Shown: one piece after another, positions 1 to 13,345 of the stretch
How the letters are laid out: each line of letters starts with the position of its first letter
Numbering within the stretch: the stretch's first letter is position 1
Origin: Marsupella aquatica
Lineage: Eukaryota > Plantae > Marchantiophyta
Assembly (NCBI GenBank): GCA_973895155.1
Contig: OZ316892.1
Coordinates: 20,771,619-20,835,618, forward strand
DNA length: 64,000 bases
Direction of reading: 5' to 3'
Notes under the pieces: model-generated
What the model saw: the letters and a program-made list of their open reading frames with translations, nothing else
Database searches by the model: none
Told to the model about the DNA's origin: nothing
Translations under genes and position numbers: made by a program

Positions 1-3000
1 CACTGCTTGCCTGATAAAATGGTACCTGATATCAATGTGCTTCACCCTGCTATCCATCACCTGGTTAGCAGCCAAGTGAAGAGCACTCTGACTATCACAG
101 TTTAGAGTCATTTTTCCATGCTCTAAACCCATCTCCGCGATCAACTTATCCAACCAAATTGCTTCCTTTGCTGCTTCTGCTGCTGCAACATACTCTATTT
201 CTGTAGTAGACTGAGATATGCACTTCTGCAAGGTAGATTTCCAACTGATACATCCTTCTCCAAGAGTGTAAACAAACCCAGTTGTAGATCTCCTTGTATC
301 CAGACAGCGTCCATAGTCAGAATCTACATAGCCAACTAATGATCTATCTGATCTGTTATCAATAGTAATCCATAGTCTTGTGTACCCTTGAGATACCTGA
401 GAATCCACTTCACAGCTTCCCAATGTATCTTCCTTGGATTTGACATGAATCTGCTAACCTTGCCCATCGCTAGGGCCAAGTCAGGCCTAGTACAAGTCAT
501 CAAATACATCAGACTGCCTACTGCCTTCTCATAAGGAATCTTAGCCATCAGACCTTTCTCCACAGCATCTGTAGGAGAGAAAGCCGATGATAACTTGAAA
601 TGTGAAGCTAAAGGAATACTCACTGGCTTATAGTTTTCCATGTTGAATCGTGCAAGTACTTTCCTCGCATACTGGCCTTGACTCAAGCACAACTGTCCAG
701 TCTCAGAGTTCCTAAAAATATCCATCCCTAAGATCCTCTTGGCCTTACCAAGATCCTTCATCCTGAATTCAGCACTCAATTTTGCCTTGAGACTGTCAAC
801 CTCAGATTGATCTTTAGCCACAATCAGCATGTCATCCACATAAATCACCAGAATGATGAAACCAAATACATCATTCTTGACTGATTTCGTATACACACAA
901 GGATCATACACCATCCTTGTAAAACCTTGAGCAAGCATGAAATCATCAAACCGCTTGTTCCACTGTCTGGGAGACTGCTTCAATCCATACAAGGACTTGA
1001 GCAATCTGCAAACTAAGTTCTCTTGGCCCTTCTTCATAAAGCCTAGTGGCTGTCTCATGAAGATCAACTCTTCCAAGTTGTCATAGAGAAAAGCAGTAAC
1101 AACATCCATCTGATCCATCACCAGACCAAAAAACACAACAAGCTGACACAAGATCCGTATTGTGGAATACTTCGCCACCGGTGAAAAGACCTCAATGTAA
1201 TCCACTCCTTTCTCCTGAGTGAATCCCTTGGCAACAAGCCTTGCCTTGTAGATCTTATCTCCACCCTCTGAAGGACTGTCCTTCAACTTGTAAATCCACT
1301 TGCTGTCCACCACTTGCTGACCTCTTGGAAGCTCCACCAGCTCCCATGTCTTGTTGTCACTCAAAGATTGTAACTCCCTCTGCATTGCTGCATTCCACTC
1401 ATGCTTCTGCTCTGAAGCACAAGCCTCACTATACGAAGAAGGCTCTCCTTCTTCCAAGATCAAAGTCATATCATCTTCATCAGGTGCAATGTCAATATCA
1501 TCTAGCTTAGATGAGTCTGCCCATTGACCATACCTGGTAGGAGCTCTAGTAGAACGACTGGAAGTTCTTATAGTAGATGACTCAGGCTGATCTGCTGCTG
1601 CTGCTGGTTGAATTTGAGGTACCCCAGCAACAATCTGCTCCTCTTGTTCCATCACAGGAACCAACTCCAAGCCCGGAGCTTCTCCATCTCTCCTATCATG
1701 AACTACATCATGACTAATCTCCCCCTCAACCCGGTCCGGGATGGGAGATTTCCCCTTGTCAGTATGGGAGTCCTGAGAACTCTCCCCCTCCTTTGATGAT
1801 TTGGATTCATTAAAGGACACATCTCTACTGACAATTAGTTTACAAGTTACTGGATCCCATAACCTATAACCCTTAACACCTTTCTGATAGCCAAGGAAAA
1901 TGCACTTCTTCGACTTGGACTCCAGCTTGGATCGAAGCTGGGAAGGTGTAAGCACATAAGCATCACATCCAAAAATCCTCAGATGTGAGTAATCTGCTGG
2001 ACGCCCGTACCTCATTTCAAATGGCGTCTTGAATCCAATAGAACTGGATGGAGAAAAATTTACCAAATAAGCTGCAGTGTTGACAGCTTCAGCCCAAAAC
2101 TCATGTGGTAAGCATGATTGACTCAACATACTCCTCGAGCGGTCCAATAGTGTTCGGTTGAGTCTCTCAGAAACACCATTCTGCTGAGGAGTATAACTTG
2201 TTGTGAGATGGCGGGTGATCCCCTGCTCCTTACAATACGTTCCAAATTCACCGGAACTGTATTTACCGCCGTTATCTGATCGAAGATATCTCACCTTATT
2301 ACCAGTCTGATTCTCAACTTGGGCTTTCCACTCCTTAAAAGTGGCAAAAACATCAGACTTATTGTGTAGAAAGTATATCCACACATACCTTGAGTAATCG
2401 TCTATGAACGTGACATAGTATAACCGTCCAGAATGTGAGGGAGTAGGGGCTGGACCCCACACATCACTATGTACATACTCAAGTACCTCCTTGCTGGTGT
2501 GAGTTCCAACTCCGAAGGGTTTCCTGTGCTGCTTCCCTAGCACACAGTGCTCACAAAATTCCAACTTACAAGATTGCAAATTAGAAAGTAATCCTTTCTT
2601 CTGAAGAATAACCAAACCTTTTTCACTCATGTGGCCCAAACGGAAGTGCCACAGCCGGGCCGTCTCCTCATGAGATAAGGTTACATTGGCTTCATCACAA
2701 ACTACACTGCCCTCCAAAACGTATAGATTGCTATGTCTCTTTCCCTTCAATACAACTTTAGTACCAGTTGAAACCTGAAGGATACCATTAGCAGAGCTCC
2801 ACTGATGGCCATTTGCTTCTAAAACTCCAAGTGAAATGAGATTTTTCATCATGCTGGGAATATGTCTCACATTCCTCAACTTTCTCACAGCACCATCAAA
2901 CATCTGAAATCTTACAGATCCAAGTCCAACAACTTGACATGGGATTCCATTTCCCATCAACACTGACCCGTTGGAAACCGTGTAAGAACTGAAATAATCT

Positions 3001-3961
3001 CTTCTAGAGCAAATGTGAAAAGTACATGCACTATCTAGAATCCAGTCATCACTACCTGGATTTGACACTACGTTGAGAGCATAACCTTGACATCACAATA
3101 TGTCATCATCATTGAGTAAATCTACCTCATGCGAGCTCGATGCCGCATTAGCAGAGGCAGTAGGGACCTTTACTCAACAATCCCTTTTCATGTGGCCAGG
3201 CTTGCCACAATTCCAACATGCAAGAGGCTTCCTCTCTTGCGATTTCCCTATGGATTTAGATCTCCCCCGTGATGTAGATCTAAACCTGTTCTGCCCATTC
3301 GTGCACTGCGCTGCGCTGCTCTTCCCCTGTTCACATTCAGCGCAGTGCCAGAAGAAGATGCTGTCTGTGATAGACCCAGCTTCTTCTGAGCATCATCAGA
3401 CAGTAATGAGCTCACCACCTCATTATACGAAATGGACTTCAAATCTCTGTACAAGAGCACGGTCTGTTTCAAGCTCTGATAAGACGGCGGTAAGGAGCTT
3501 AGCAAAAGCAAGGCCTTATCCTCATCTTCAACTCATTTTCCCAGGTTTGACAGATCCACCGCTAGACTGTCAAATTCATCCAGGTGATCTTGCATCTTGC
3601 TCCCTTCCTTGAGCCTAAGGCTCATCAAGAGAGACTTCTTGTACAGCCGATCTGACGCATCTTCCCGATAGTACTTCTCTCTAAGAGCCTTGAACATTGA
3701 CGCGCAATCCGCATAATCATCCAGTTGCTTGATGATATGCGGCTTGAGATATAGCATCACTGCATTGACAGCAATCACCTGTTCCTGTCTCCACTGTCTC
3801 ACAGAAATCTCCTCCTCTCCATCATACTGCTCTCGCGAAGAGAGCAGATGAGCTAAGCCCATGGCCCGTAGAACACCCTTGACTTGCTCCTCCCACAGCA
3901 AGTAATCAGTACGACCATCGTACTTCTCCACCTCAAACTTTACTCCTCCGAATCTAGCCAT
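1..3961 (-). pseudogene. copia gag-pol polyprotein, disrupted
   Basis: Gag starts MARFGGVKFEVEKYDG (ATG near 3961). Frameshifts occur near 3530 and 3250-3290. The zinc knuckle CWNCGKPGHMKRDC (~3177-3218) is followed by an in-frame TGA. The 910-aa ORF 336-3068 carries PR, GAG-pre-integrase (LWHFRLGH...CEHC), rve (HSDVWGP, LRSDNGG, QQNGVSER) and RT (YKARLVAKGF, LYGLKQSPRQW). Another frameshift near 340 precedes RNase H. Confidence 0.93.
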
Positions 3962-5903
3962 CTCCCTCTTCTTCCCTACTACCGACAGCTCTGGTAGTAA
4001 CACAGCTTCCTCCACTGCACGCCGCACCGGTGATCGTACCGGTGTCACTAGTTCTTCCTCAAACGGTAGTAGCTCCTCCTCAGACTCACCGTCTGACCGT
4101 CGCGATCCTGAAGCTCCACCGACGCCAATTCTTCCAGTATCCTCCGAGTCACTCATATGAAAGTCATGAAAAAACATCTTTTTCGAAACTTCTCATAAAA
4201 CTCAAAACTCAACACCGCCGCATAGCCCACAAAGCTAGGAGTCCAATACTGAAAGCCAAAATCAAAATCAAAATTCGACGGAAAAGTTATTCAAATTTTG
4301 GTCGGGGTGGGTAAAACCTTGGGAAACTCCCCCGTTTTGACCACCTCGGAGAATCACCAAAATACCCAGTACAACCCGTCGTCGGAATCGCGATGTGATC
4401 GGTGCGCCGCGTTGCTAACTCCAGTGGCAACGTCCTCACCGAAAAAGAACCAAAAAAGTTACCGTTCGGCGGACGGAATCTTTGTCGGACGGCCGAAAAA
4501 CAGCTCTCTGTTTTTCGGGAATATTCCCGCACAGTACAGCAGGTCTCACAGGGGGCAGTTTCCCCTGTCCAAGCGGTTAAAACGGAGGGCGGCAGGTCCC
4601 GGTACATGGGACAAACTAATGAGAGGGAAAAAAAAGGCTAAAAAGGGGCACTAAAGGGGGTGCTTAAGCCCCTTAAAGCCTAAAATACCCCGTAAAGGGC
4701 CGAGGGTACGAAGGGCGTATGGCCGGCATCGGGGCGGGACGAGGGTACAGCCGCGTACAAGCGGGGTAGAGCCGCAAAGGGCTGGGCATACGATGACAGG
4801 GCGGTGCCGCGGTAGCGACCGACACAGTATGGCGGAGGGCGTACAAGCACGCAAAAAGCGCCGGCCGGTGTTGCGCAGCTCGTCGCCGCGGCTGAAGGAT
4901 GAGGGGAAAACAAGGTGCGGGGGGGTCGGGCGTACAAGGGGAAACGATGGGGGACCAAGGGCCGGGAGGGTGTATATACACACCAAAAGTGGCCCTAACC
5001 AAAGCCAAGATTTGACTTTATAACAAAAAAGCCGTTTACACACCTTGAACGCCGCTGCTTCTTATGAGTAAAGTGAACGCCGCCGACGGGAAATGTTGCC
5101 AAATTGCACCAGCACAGTCTGCAGCTCCAGCAGAGAATTTTTATTTTTTTTCGCTGTGTCACACTTACTCCGCGTCAAGTGCCAATCCCGGACTCAAAAC
5201 GACCGCTTCGCTGCGATCAAACCGTTGAGCCGTAGCACTTTGCATTTCTTCCACCGAGTCGGACGTCACGAAGAGAAACCCGGTTCAGATGAGAACAAGC
5301 TCCATAGCTTGTGAAAAAACCTGAACGCCTCCGTCACTCGTCACGTCGCACTCGGTAACAACTCGGCAACAAATCAACTACCAAAACGATCAGCTTGCTT
5401 CAACCTTCAACTTGAGCTACAACATGCGACGCCTCCCGCACCGCACAGCTCACACTGTTGAAAACACAAACTCTGGTCTCTCCCCTGAAAAACCGTCGAA
5501 CGCGAATAAAACCGAACGATGCAAACTTCGATTCCTCCGCACCACGGATACCGATCAGCGAGTTCTAACCACCGTTAGAAAGCCCTCTCACTAACCTATC
5601 CGCACAACCACACACATTCAAGTTTCATGTGACGAAACTCTGAATGTACCATCGACAAGTTTGGTGCGTTGGAAAAAACCTGTCACGAAAAAAATCCAGA
5701 TGGATGGAAACGTGAATTCCTCCGCACCACGAACTCTGTTCAGAGATTTCTTTGCACTGTCGGAAAGCCCTTCCCCCGATCTATCCGTTGAGCCCAACAC
5801 CTCCAAGTTCCATGCGACAGAACTCCGTGAAATCCATCGACTCTAACCGCTGGAAAAACCGTCACCAACACGTCACGAAAAAACCTCGTCACCTCCCAGG
5901 CAT

Positions 5904-5915
5904 GCTCTGATACCA
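5904..5915 (-). promoter_or_regulatory. Primer-binding site complementary to the tRNA-iMet 3' end
   Basis: Plus-strand gctctgatacca reads TGGTATCAGAGC on the - strand, 2 nt from the LTR end. Confidence 0.92.
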
Positions 5916-5917
5916 CT

Positions 5918-6279
5918 TGTTGAGCATAGACGACATTCGTAACGGCAAGCCCATGAACCATCCAACGCACAAGAGTCGACACAGAGAGATACGTGGTTCA
6001 CCTCCACATGAGGCTACGTCCACGGGAACACACAAGAGCTTTACTGCACTGTAGGCCGACCGGCCATACCAAGCATCCACAGCACAAGCTCTCCCTATCT
6101 CTCAACTAGCTCCATAACAATGAGCCTTTGTTCCACCAGGGTCTGGTATCAGCCCTAGCTATATACACAACAGCACTACCGCTAACATTAGCTAAGTCCT
6201 AACCCGAGTGAGCCTAACTATAGTTAGCTCATGAGTCACAAGACTAGAGCAATATCTAACACAAAACATAAACCCAACA
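5918..6279 (-). repeat. 5' LTR of copia element 1
   Basis: Bounded by TGTTG (5918) and CAACA (6279), next to the PBS, with an internal TATATA. The partner LTR is outside the window, so the outer boundary and TSD are unverified. Confidence 0.7.
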
Positions 6280-7980
6280 ATTGATGACACAAAGTTGATT
6301 GGGCCGGAGCAGGTGACAAAATAGTAGAGTCTTGGTTTATGTTCTGCCATACTCAAGTGAGGGTGGGAAGCAAACATCGGGGACTGGGATGGGCAGTGTA
6401 CGGAGCCCCAAGAATTTCTCAATTTATTTGTGTGTCTGAACCTGATAGTTAACAAGACCGAATGCAGTGTAAGAACATAAATGGCCAGTACAATCATTGT
6501 CTCGACTTTGAACAGAGTCATATATAACACTGCCCAAGGGCAAAATACGTCGAATCGGGAGACATGATCCCAAAGGCAAAGCAAGTTCCCAATGAAGGGG
6601 AAGAAAAGAGGGGAAAGAGTCTGCAACCTGCCAACAAATTCTCCTGTATAACTGTACTTGCTGTGTGACTTTCTGACTCAAGCTTTGAAAATTATTAGTG
6701 TAATTCAAAATTACTGGGATGCAAAGGGCAAGCATCCAAGATTAAGAAAACTGAGTGGATCAGTCTATTCCCTTTTATTAAGAAGAAGGATGAACAGAAA
6801 AACTGTATGTAAGGACTCAAACTTAAAGCCCGGATGGACCTGCACGTTGTCCATGAAGCCCTCATGGATAAACCAAACCTGCATGGACTTGACTAAAACA
6901 TAAAAAATATGTTTGCATATTGTGTTTTACACTTCTGTTCAAAAAATACACTGTAAGGAACCAAATCATCATTTCTGTCCCAGTATTTTCCTTGTTAGTA
7001 AACTCTGTCACCACTTTTGTCTTAAAGAGACATTGGCAGAGGCCAAAGCACTTTAATTGAAGGTTGCGCTTCATTCTTCCAACTCTTTCCCCTCCACACA
7101 GTTATTCTAACCATTTTTTTAGAGTTTAATATAAAAGATAAAATGTAAAGCATGTTTAGGTACTTATATAAATACCTTATCTTAGCTTCATGGGAGATGA
7201 CATTTTGAGTAGCTTCACATTTTACTCATGATACCGCCTCAAGTAAATTTTCTCAATGGTAAAAACCAAATGGATCTAATTTACTCAAAAATAAATTTTT
7301 ATGTTTATAAGCCCTGCAAAAAAGGGGACAAAAGTAGCACATTAACTCATGAACTAAGGAAACAATTCCCACCAAGGAGGTTAGGGGGTCAAATCTAAAG
7401 CCCAAATAAGCTCAATTTTTCATAAATAAATTACAATTGTTCTACCTATTTCTTGAGATTTTAGGACATTGATACTTTATGGAATGACTATACGACTTCC
7501 AAAAATGTTTTTACATAATGTTGTTTTTTATAGAGCATTGCTCTTGTTACCAGGATTATAGTATTTTTTTCATTATGGGGCCAAGGAAATTCCAATTTGC
7601 ATAAGCATTGTTGTGGAATATTATTTTCAGAGATCATCTTTCTTGTTATAAATAGTGTTTCTATTAATTTATTGCTATAGAGCTACTTGAGAATTTTTTG
7701 GGGGAGAATTGTTGATGAATTCAATTTTTCAAAGAAAAATTACAAGTAATGTTTTGGAAACAAATCTACCAAAAATCATATTTTTCATACAGCGTTACTC
7801 TTGTTACAAAGAGCGCTTTGAGTACTTTGTCGTTACTGAAGATTTTAAATTGACAACTTCACTCCATCCATTTGCATTCTCAATTTGGCTTTGAGATTAG
7901 CACACAATGTTCTTAGATGATATAAATGTAAGTGAACAATTAATGAGCGAATGTATCATTCATTTGTAGTTGAATTATCT

Positions 7981-8140
7981 CATGATTAGGTGTAAAATGG
8001 TATGTCCCCTGTCATAATCCATGGGATAACCGGGCAAACATGCCAGTCCATCCAAGCTATTGTTTTGTAAGGACATGATTAGATGTACAATGGTATGTCC
8101 CAATCCATAGGGATAACCGGGGCAAACATGCCAGTCCATC
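7981..8140. repeat. Two-copy tandem duplication (~93 bp unit)
   Basis: catgattag..tggtatgtccc..aatcc..gggataaccggg(g)caaacatgccagtccatc occurs at 7981 and 8074. Confidence 0.8.
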
Positions 8141-8253
8141 TACAGTATTCAAGGGATAGACATAGAAAGGGATAAGGGAAAGAGTAGATGCTTGCCATAA
8201 ACACTCCTTCGTGTCATGGCAACTTTGTTCACCACCCCTACTCAACAAACAGT

Positions 8254-8712
8254 CAGCAGCTGGAAGGGTGGGGTTTTAGGGGCTGCCCAGGCATGGGATG
8301 GGTAGGGGCAGCGAGGGAACCCAAAAAGGTTGGCCTGAAACTGACTTGTGACACAAAAAGCAGCTGGAAGGGTGGGGTTTTAGGGGCTGCCCAGGCATGG
8401 GATGGGTAGGGGCAGCGAGGGAACCCAAAAAGGTTGGCCTGAAACTGACTTGTGACACAAAAATGAGGAGAGTCTTCAGGTGGGGTGTTGGGCAGGAAGG
8501 GTGTGATTTTAAGGGCTGCCCAGGCATAGGATGGGCACGGGCAAGGAGGGAACCCAAAAAGGCTGGCCTGAAACTGAATTGTGACACAAAAATGAGGAGG
8601 GTCTTCAGGTGGGGTGTGGGGGAGAACCGAGGCCAAAAAGGCTGGCCTGAAACTGAATTGTGACACAAAAATGAGGAGGGTCTTCAGGTGGGGTGTGAGG
8701 GAGAACCGAGGT
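8254..8712. repeat. G-rich compound tandem repeat (~80-130 bp units)
   Basis: ccaaaaag(g)(t/c)tggcctgaaactga(c/a)ttgtgacacaaaa occurs 4 times, with alternating gggctgcccaggcat and gaggagggtcttcaggtggggtgt blocks. Confidence 0.9.
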
Positions 8713-8787
8713 GCATTTAATGACAAAACAGAGACCAGTCTCCGTGAATTCTACAGTAGGCTTTTGTTTTGTAAGGACTCCACGTTT

Positions 8788-9487
8788 TGTAAGGACTCCA
8801 ACGGGAATGACAATTGCACCAATCACGATGAAATACTACGAGAGAGAAGTACTAGCAACACCTGTACGCTTTAGATCTACACGGATGAGAATCAGAAAAC
8901 TGTGCATCGCGCTCCTCCCAAACATCGTCGTACATTCTGTAACCGCGTCGGTTCTTGCCGGTCAACAACAGCTGACATCACTCAACTCATTTTATGGTTT
9001 GTCAAGACTGTTTTATGGCTTGTCAACGAAAGAAACGCAAAGTCTCGATCCGGCCTACACATCGAGATTTGAAAACACTGAAGAATCAGCCCATACATGT
9101 AACTTGTATCCACTCCGTAAGGAAAGGAATACCAACTCCGCAAACCCGAGCGAACAATCGAAAGGAGTGGAACCTGGAGCGAAACAGAGATCAAGTGCCG
9201 TTTTAAGCAGCGGCAGGATCTTGAGAACGTGTTGGAGTCGTCTTTTCTAAAATAAGGGGCACCGGACAACAAGTCTTCCACTAGAGGAGGGCTTCACCAT
9301 CGCTAGCATTGAACAATTGAGTCGATCCTCAGAGTCGATCAAACTCGGTCCGAGGCCTGGACATCAAGTAGCCAGGCCCAAAAGTTAGTGTTGCCTGTCC
9401 ATCCAAAATTTAGTGTTGCCTGTCCATCCAAAATTTAGTGTTGCCTGTCCATCCCTGACTGACACTCGTGCAAGACGTCGAGATACA
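8788..9487. mobile_element. Possible solo LTR (TGTA...TACA) containing a 25-bp triple repeat
   Basis: Starts tgtaaggactcc and ends gagataca. aaaatttagtgttgcctgtccatcc occurs 3 times at ~9380-9454. No matching 5-bp TSD was found. Confidence 0.3.
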
Positions 9488-9650
9488 ACCATGATTTAAT
9501 CATGTTAGTACTTAGCACACGTACCCGACCGAATCTGCAGACTGAATCCGATCACAATACCAAATTAATCATTTATTCAACCAGATAATGAATCAAACAA
9601 TTTTATTTCGGGCTATGAAACCTTTTTACTTGCACGGTCACATAGTTGAA

Positions 9651-12600
9651 TCACGGAGATTGCTCAATGTCTACCTCTGAGCCAGAGTCTACTTTTTTAT
9701 ATGTGAACCACCTTGCGCACATAAGATAGACTAACACGTTCAAAACACTCAATATACTTAGAAGCCAAAAGAAATAATCTAGATGACCCCTATTTAGGTT
9801 ATCAGGGATCCAACCTAATCTCCCATGACTCGTGGTGATGTTACCAACGATAGTTACCAACAATGAGCTCAGATAGTTCCCGAGAGCAACAGTGGTCAAG
9901 GACAAAGCACTACCTAAGCTGCGCATACTATCTGGTGACTGATCATAGAAAAACTCTAATTGACCTATGAAGAAGAAAACTTCTGCAGCGCCAATAAAAA
10001 AGTACTGGGGAATTTGCCAAAACACACTAAGCGGAACTTGTGCATTGGCATCATTTAATAGCCCATTCTGCTTAGCAGCCTCAAGGCGTTCCATTTCCAC
10101 AATTGCTGCAGCAACCATAGCAAGTATAGAAACAACCAACCCAATACCCATACGTTGCAGGTGAGTAAATCCTCGCACATTGCCACTAAACTGTCTAACG
10201 AATGGAACTAGGAGCCTATCATAGATTGGTACCCATATCAATACAGCAATAGTATCAAAGATTGACATTGTTGCTGCTCCAATTGTGAAATGTGGGCCCA
10301 TCCTTCTGTTCATAACTCCTCCTTGCTCCACAAACAAAGTAGACATCTGTGCATATACCGTAGAAAAGACTATGCTAGTTATCCAGATTGGCAATAGTCT
10401 TACGAGAAGCTTGACTTCTTCCACCTGTGTGACAGTAGCCAATCGCCAAGGGCTTTGACGTGGTAAATCAGAACCTGTGGGAACAGCAGCTTTATCTAAA
10501 CATCTGTACACACAACCAATAAAATAACAAATGGTTAAATCTTACATAATTATTAACCTGTCAATAGCAAAACCAGAATTGGATATTTAGATGATAATAT
10601 TGTCACCGTCTAAACCCTTTGTTTAAGATTTTCAAATTTTACAAATATGATACTACTAAGAAGAATAAAGTTTTACCTCAATCCTTGAGTGTGTCGAAGT
10701 TTTCTGTTTGCATGAGGAACCAATTCTCGAGAATCAATTTCATGTAAGGAAGAACTCTCAGCTGGAACTCTGACTCTGAAATTCCTGATTGCAGCCACAG
10801 TTACTTGGGAAATCCTTGTTAATGGACTTCCACTAGGTTTTTGGTGTCTATATATACTTGTTCCAAAGAAAAAGAAGCAAATGGCAAGTCCCATTGCTAT
10901 GGCAGGTATACCAAAACCCCAACCCCAACTAACATTATTCTGAACATACACCAACACACTAGCAGAAATCAGTGCTCCAACGTTGATGGAAAAGTAAAAC
11001 CAGTTGAAAAACGATGATTTCTTCTTGGCTTCCTTCTCATCATTCTCATCAAACTGATCAGCTCCAAATGAAGAGACACAAGGTTTGATTCCTCCTGTTC
11101 CAAGCGCCACAAGATAAAGAGCTAGGTAGAAGACGCCAATTTGAGCACCCTCCGGCTTTGGACAAAATCCATCTGAAGAACAGGGTGATGGCCTGAGCTG
11201 ATGCAAAGCAGCTGATAGTGCCAACAAAAGCATGCCCTGGAGCCACCATATGCATATTAGTTATTAATCATGTGTGAAACAATATTATGCCAAAAATACA
11301 TGCACTTCCACGACTTCAAATTCCTTGTTCTGGTAAACCTCGGAAACCAACCTTAGTGGCACAAAAAAGGCACCTTGAATGAGAGAGCTCTGTCAACAAG
11401 GGGGAAGAAACCAGCTTTGGTCCTTCGACTGGGGAATGATATGGATACATACTCAAAACACTCATACTCTCTTACCGTGTTCTCTCCAAAGCTACACTAA
11501 TTGGGCCGGTCGGAACTTCTTGAAAGGCAAATGCATAAATTGAATCCGTCCATATATCTACCTTTCCTTCGACTGGAGGTATGCATACTGGACACTCAAT
11601 CATATTCTCTGGGAATGTTCTCTCCAGAGATATGCAAACTTCATGAATTAAATCCGTCCGTCTACCTCTCGTAAAGGACCTCTCAGTTTTGCCTAACACA
11701 CGGCCAGAGCAACCATCGGGCTTGTTTTCAGTCTACTTCTCAAAGCAGGGATCTTAATTACGGACATCAGAGGACTAAAGCAGTAAGACAAGCAATCGCT
11801 TGACCTACCTCCCTTGAGTAAGCGGTTCTGCCCGTCTGCTGGGGTTTCGTGTTTCCTCTCGCTCGTGGAATAAAATGTTTCGAACGGCGGGCGTCTTCGA
11901 TTAAAATGAAAAAGTTCCGGGGAGGAAGAGAGATATCAATTTGGGCAAAACACATGATTGACAATAGGGCTTGTTTTGAAGAGGCTACTTCTTCGGGCGT
12001 TAATGGCGCAGTAAGACGAGAGGACTCAAGAAGTTGCTAAATGCTACAGTTCTTTAATAAACGACCCGCGGAGTTCGGCAACAAAATCTACTTAGAGTTT
12101 TGAAGAGTTTCTTCGTTGAAAAATGGAAAGAACCTTCCGGCCGAGGAGTACTTAAGAGAGCTTTGGGCAAAATACTGGAGCACAACCTGTCTTGAACAGT
12201 CTCCTTCTTCGGGCATGGATCTTAATGACGTAGATGAGGACTCAAGAAGTTTCAATAAAACATTGCCCGGAGTCCAGTAAATTTAATCTACTTAAGAGTT
12301 TTGAAGGGACACGACAAACTTACAACGCAGTAGGTGACGGAAAAGATGGCAATGGTCCAGTATCTGCCCAAGAAAGCATCTGCGACAAAGCCGCCAATGA
12401 GTGGAGTGATGTAACAAGTCCCCGACCAATTATTAACATTTGTGGCAGCCGTTGAGTTGGACTGATGCAGAACGCTGGTCAAGTAGACGACCAAGTTAGT
12501 GCCAATTCCGTAGTATGCGAGCCGTTCACAGCATTCATTCCCTGTAGAAACACGGACACAATGAGCTAGCGGAGAGAGTAATTATGTAAGGACTCGGACA

Positions 12601-12840
12601 AAGCCCGTGACATGGGAATCGGAAAGGATGTTCATCTTAAAGTTAGAGAAGAGAAACAGTGTGCGGGGAATCAAAATAAGTACCTAAAATGAACGGACAG
12701 GCCCTCCAACCGCCACTTTGAGATCGAATTGAACGCTCTCCTTTTAAATTCACCGATCCATCGAGGGTATAAATATTTTCTTCACCCTCACCCTGCTGCT
12801 TCTCAGAACGCCGGCGCAGGCCAGTCTTCCCTCCATTCAT
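9651..12840 (-). CDS. NRT1/PTR family (NPF) proton-coupled peptide/nitrate transporter, NPF8/PTR2-like; 4 exons (12684-12840, 12324-12541, 10677-11236, 9651-10503), 595 aa
   Basis: GT-AG introns splice in frame to give 1788 nt. Motifs: ExxER proton-coupling motif ([12 protein letters not shown]), [75 protein letters not shown]. Confidence 0.96.
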
Positions 12841-13099
12841 GATCAAAAACGACGCAGCTCCCGCAAACTTTCTCTAAACAAAGACACAACCCAATGCTCT
12901 TGGAAAGCATACCCGAAAGCAAAGGGCCCAGAAACTTTCGGAAAGCAAAGGAGTGTGCGAAGGAGTAGGAAGAGACTCGAAGGTAGGCGGTGAGGCAGGA
13001 TGAAATGAAGGATGATGATTGGCCAATGACGCCCCCCGGCAGAGGCAAACTGTACCTAGACGTACAAATGAATCTTATTGTAATAAGTGCTTACAAATA

Positions 13100-13345
13100 G
13101 AGAGGCTCCTTATCCCTCAAGCGCCACATGCCCGAGTGTCTGTAGAGGTTGCTCCGAGCCTCCAACTCAGGATCGCCCTGTTATTCTCTCAAGAGCTCCC
13201 CTGAAGTAAGGCTCCACATGCCCCACTCTGTACAGAGGTTGCTCTGGGCCTCCGAGATCGCCTCCTTAGTTCCTCCAGGGCGTTCCTGAAGTAAGGCGCC
13301 ACGTACATGCCCGAGTGTCTAGAGGTTGGTCCGGGCTTCCTTGGA
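13100..13345. repeat. Degenerate ~90-bp tandem repeat (3 copies) upstream of the NPF gene
   Basis: ccacatgccc..tgt..agaggttg(c/g)tc.g.gc.tcc recurs at ~13123, ~13214 and ~13305. Confidence 0.75.

Larger units (their letters stand above)
1..6279 (-). mobile_element. Ty1/copia LTR retrotransposon (Tnt1/Tork-like), degenerate; 3' end runs off the window start
   Basis: Order on the - strand: 5' LTR (5918-6279), tRNA-iMet PBS, long leader, gag, protease (WILDSACTFH), integrase, RT (YVDDML), RNase H (running to position 1). Integrase lies before RT, which is the copia order. Confidence 0.95.

Noticed and set aside
4287-5043. Several overlapping 80-130 aa ORFs in the copia leader
   Set aside because: GC-rich sequence is open in many frames, and the translations are low-complexity Pro/Arg/Gly with no domain.
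5904-5915. tRNA gene
   Set aside because: Only a 12-nt complement of the tRNA 3' end (a PBS); no cloverleaf. No tRNA or rRNA genes were recognised in the window.
8253-8874. ORFs with repeated peptides
   Set aside because: Translations of the tandem repeat, open on both strands.
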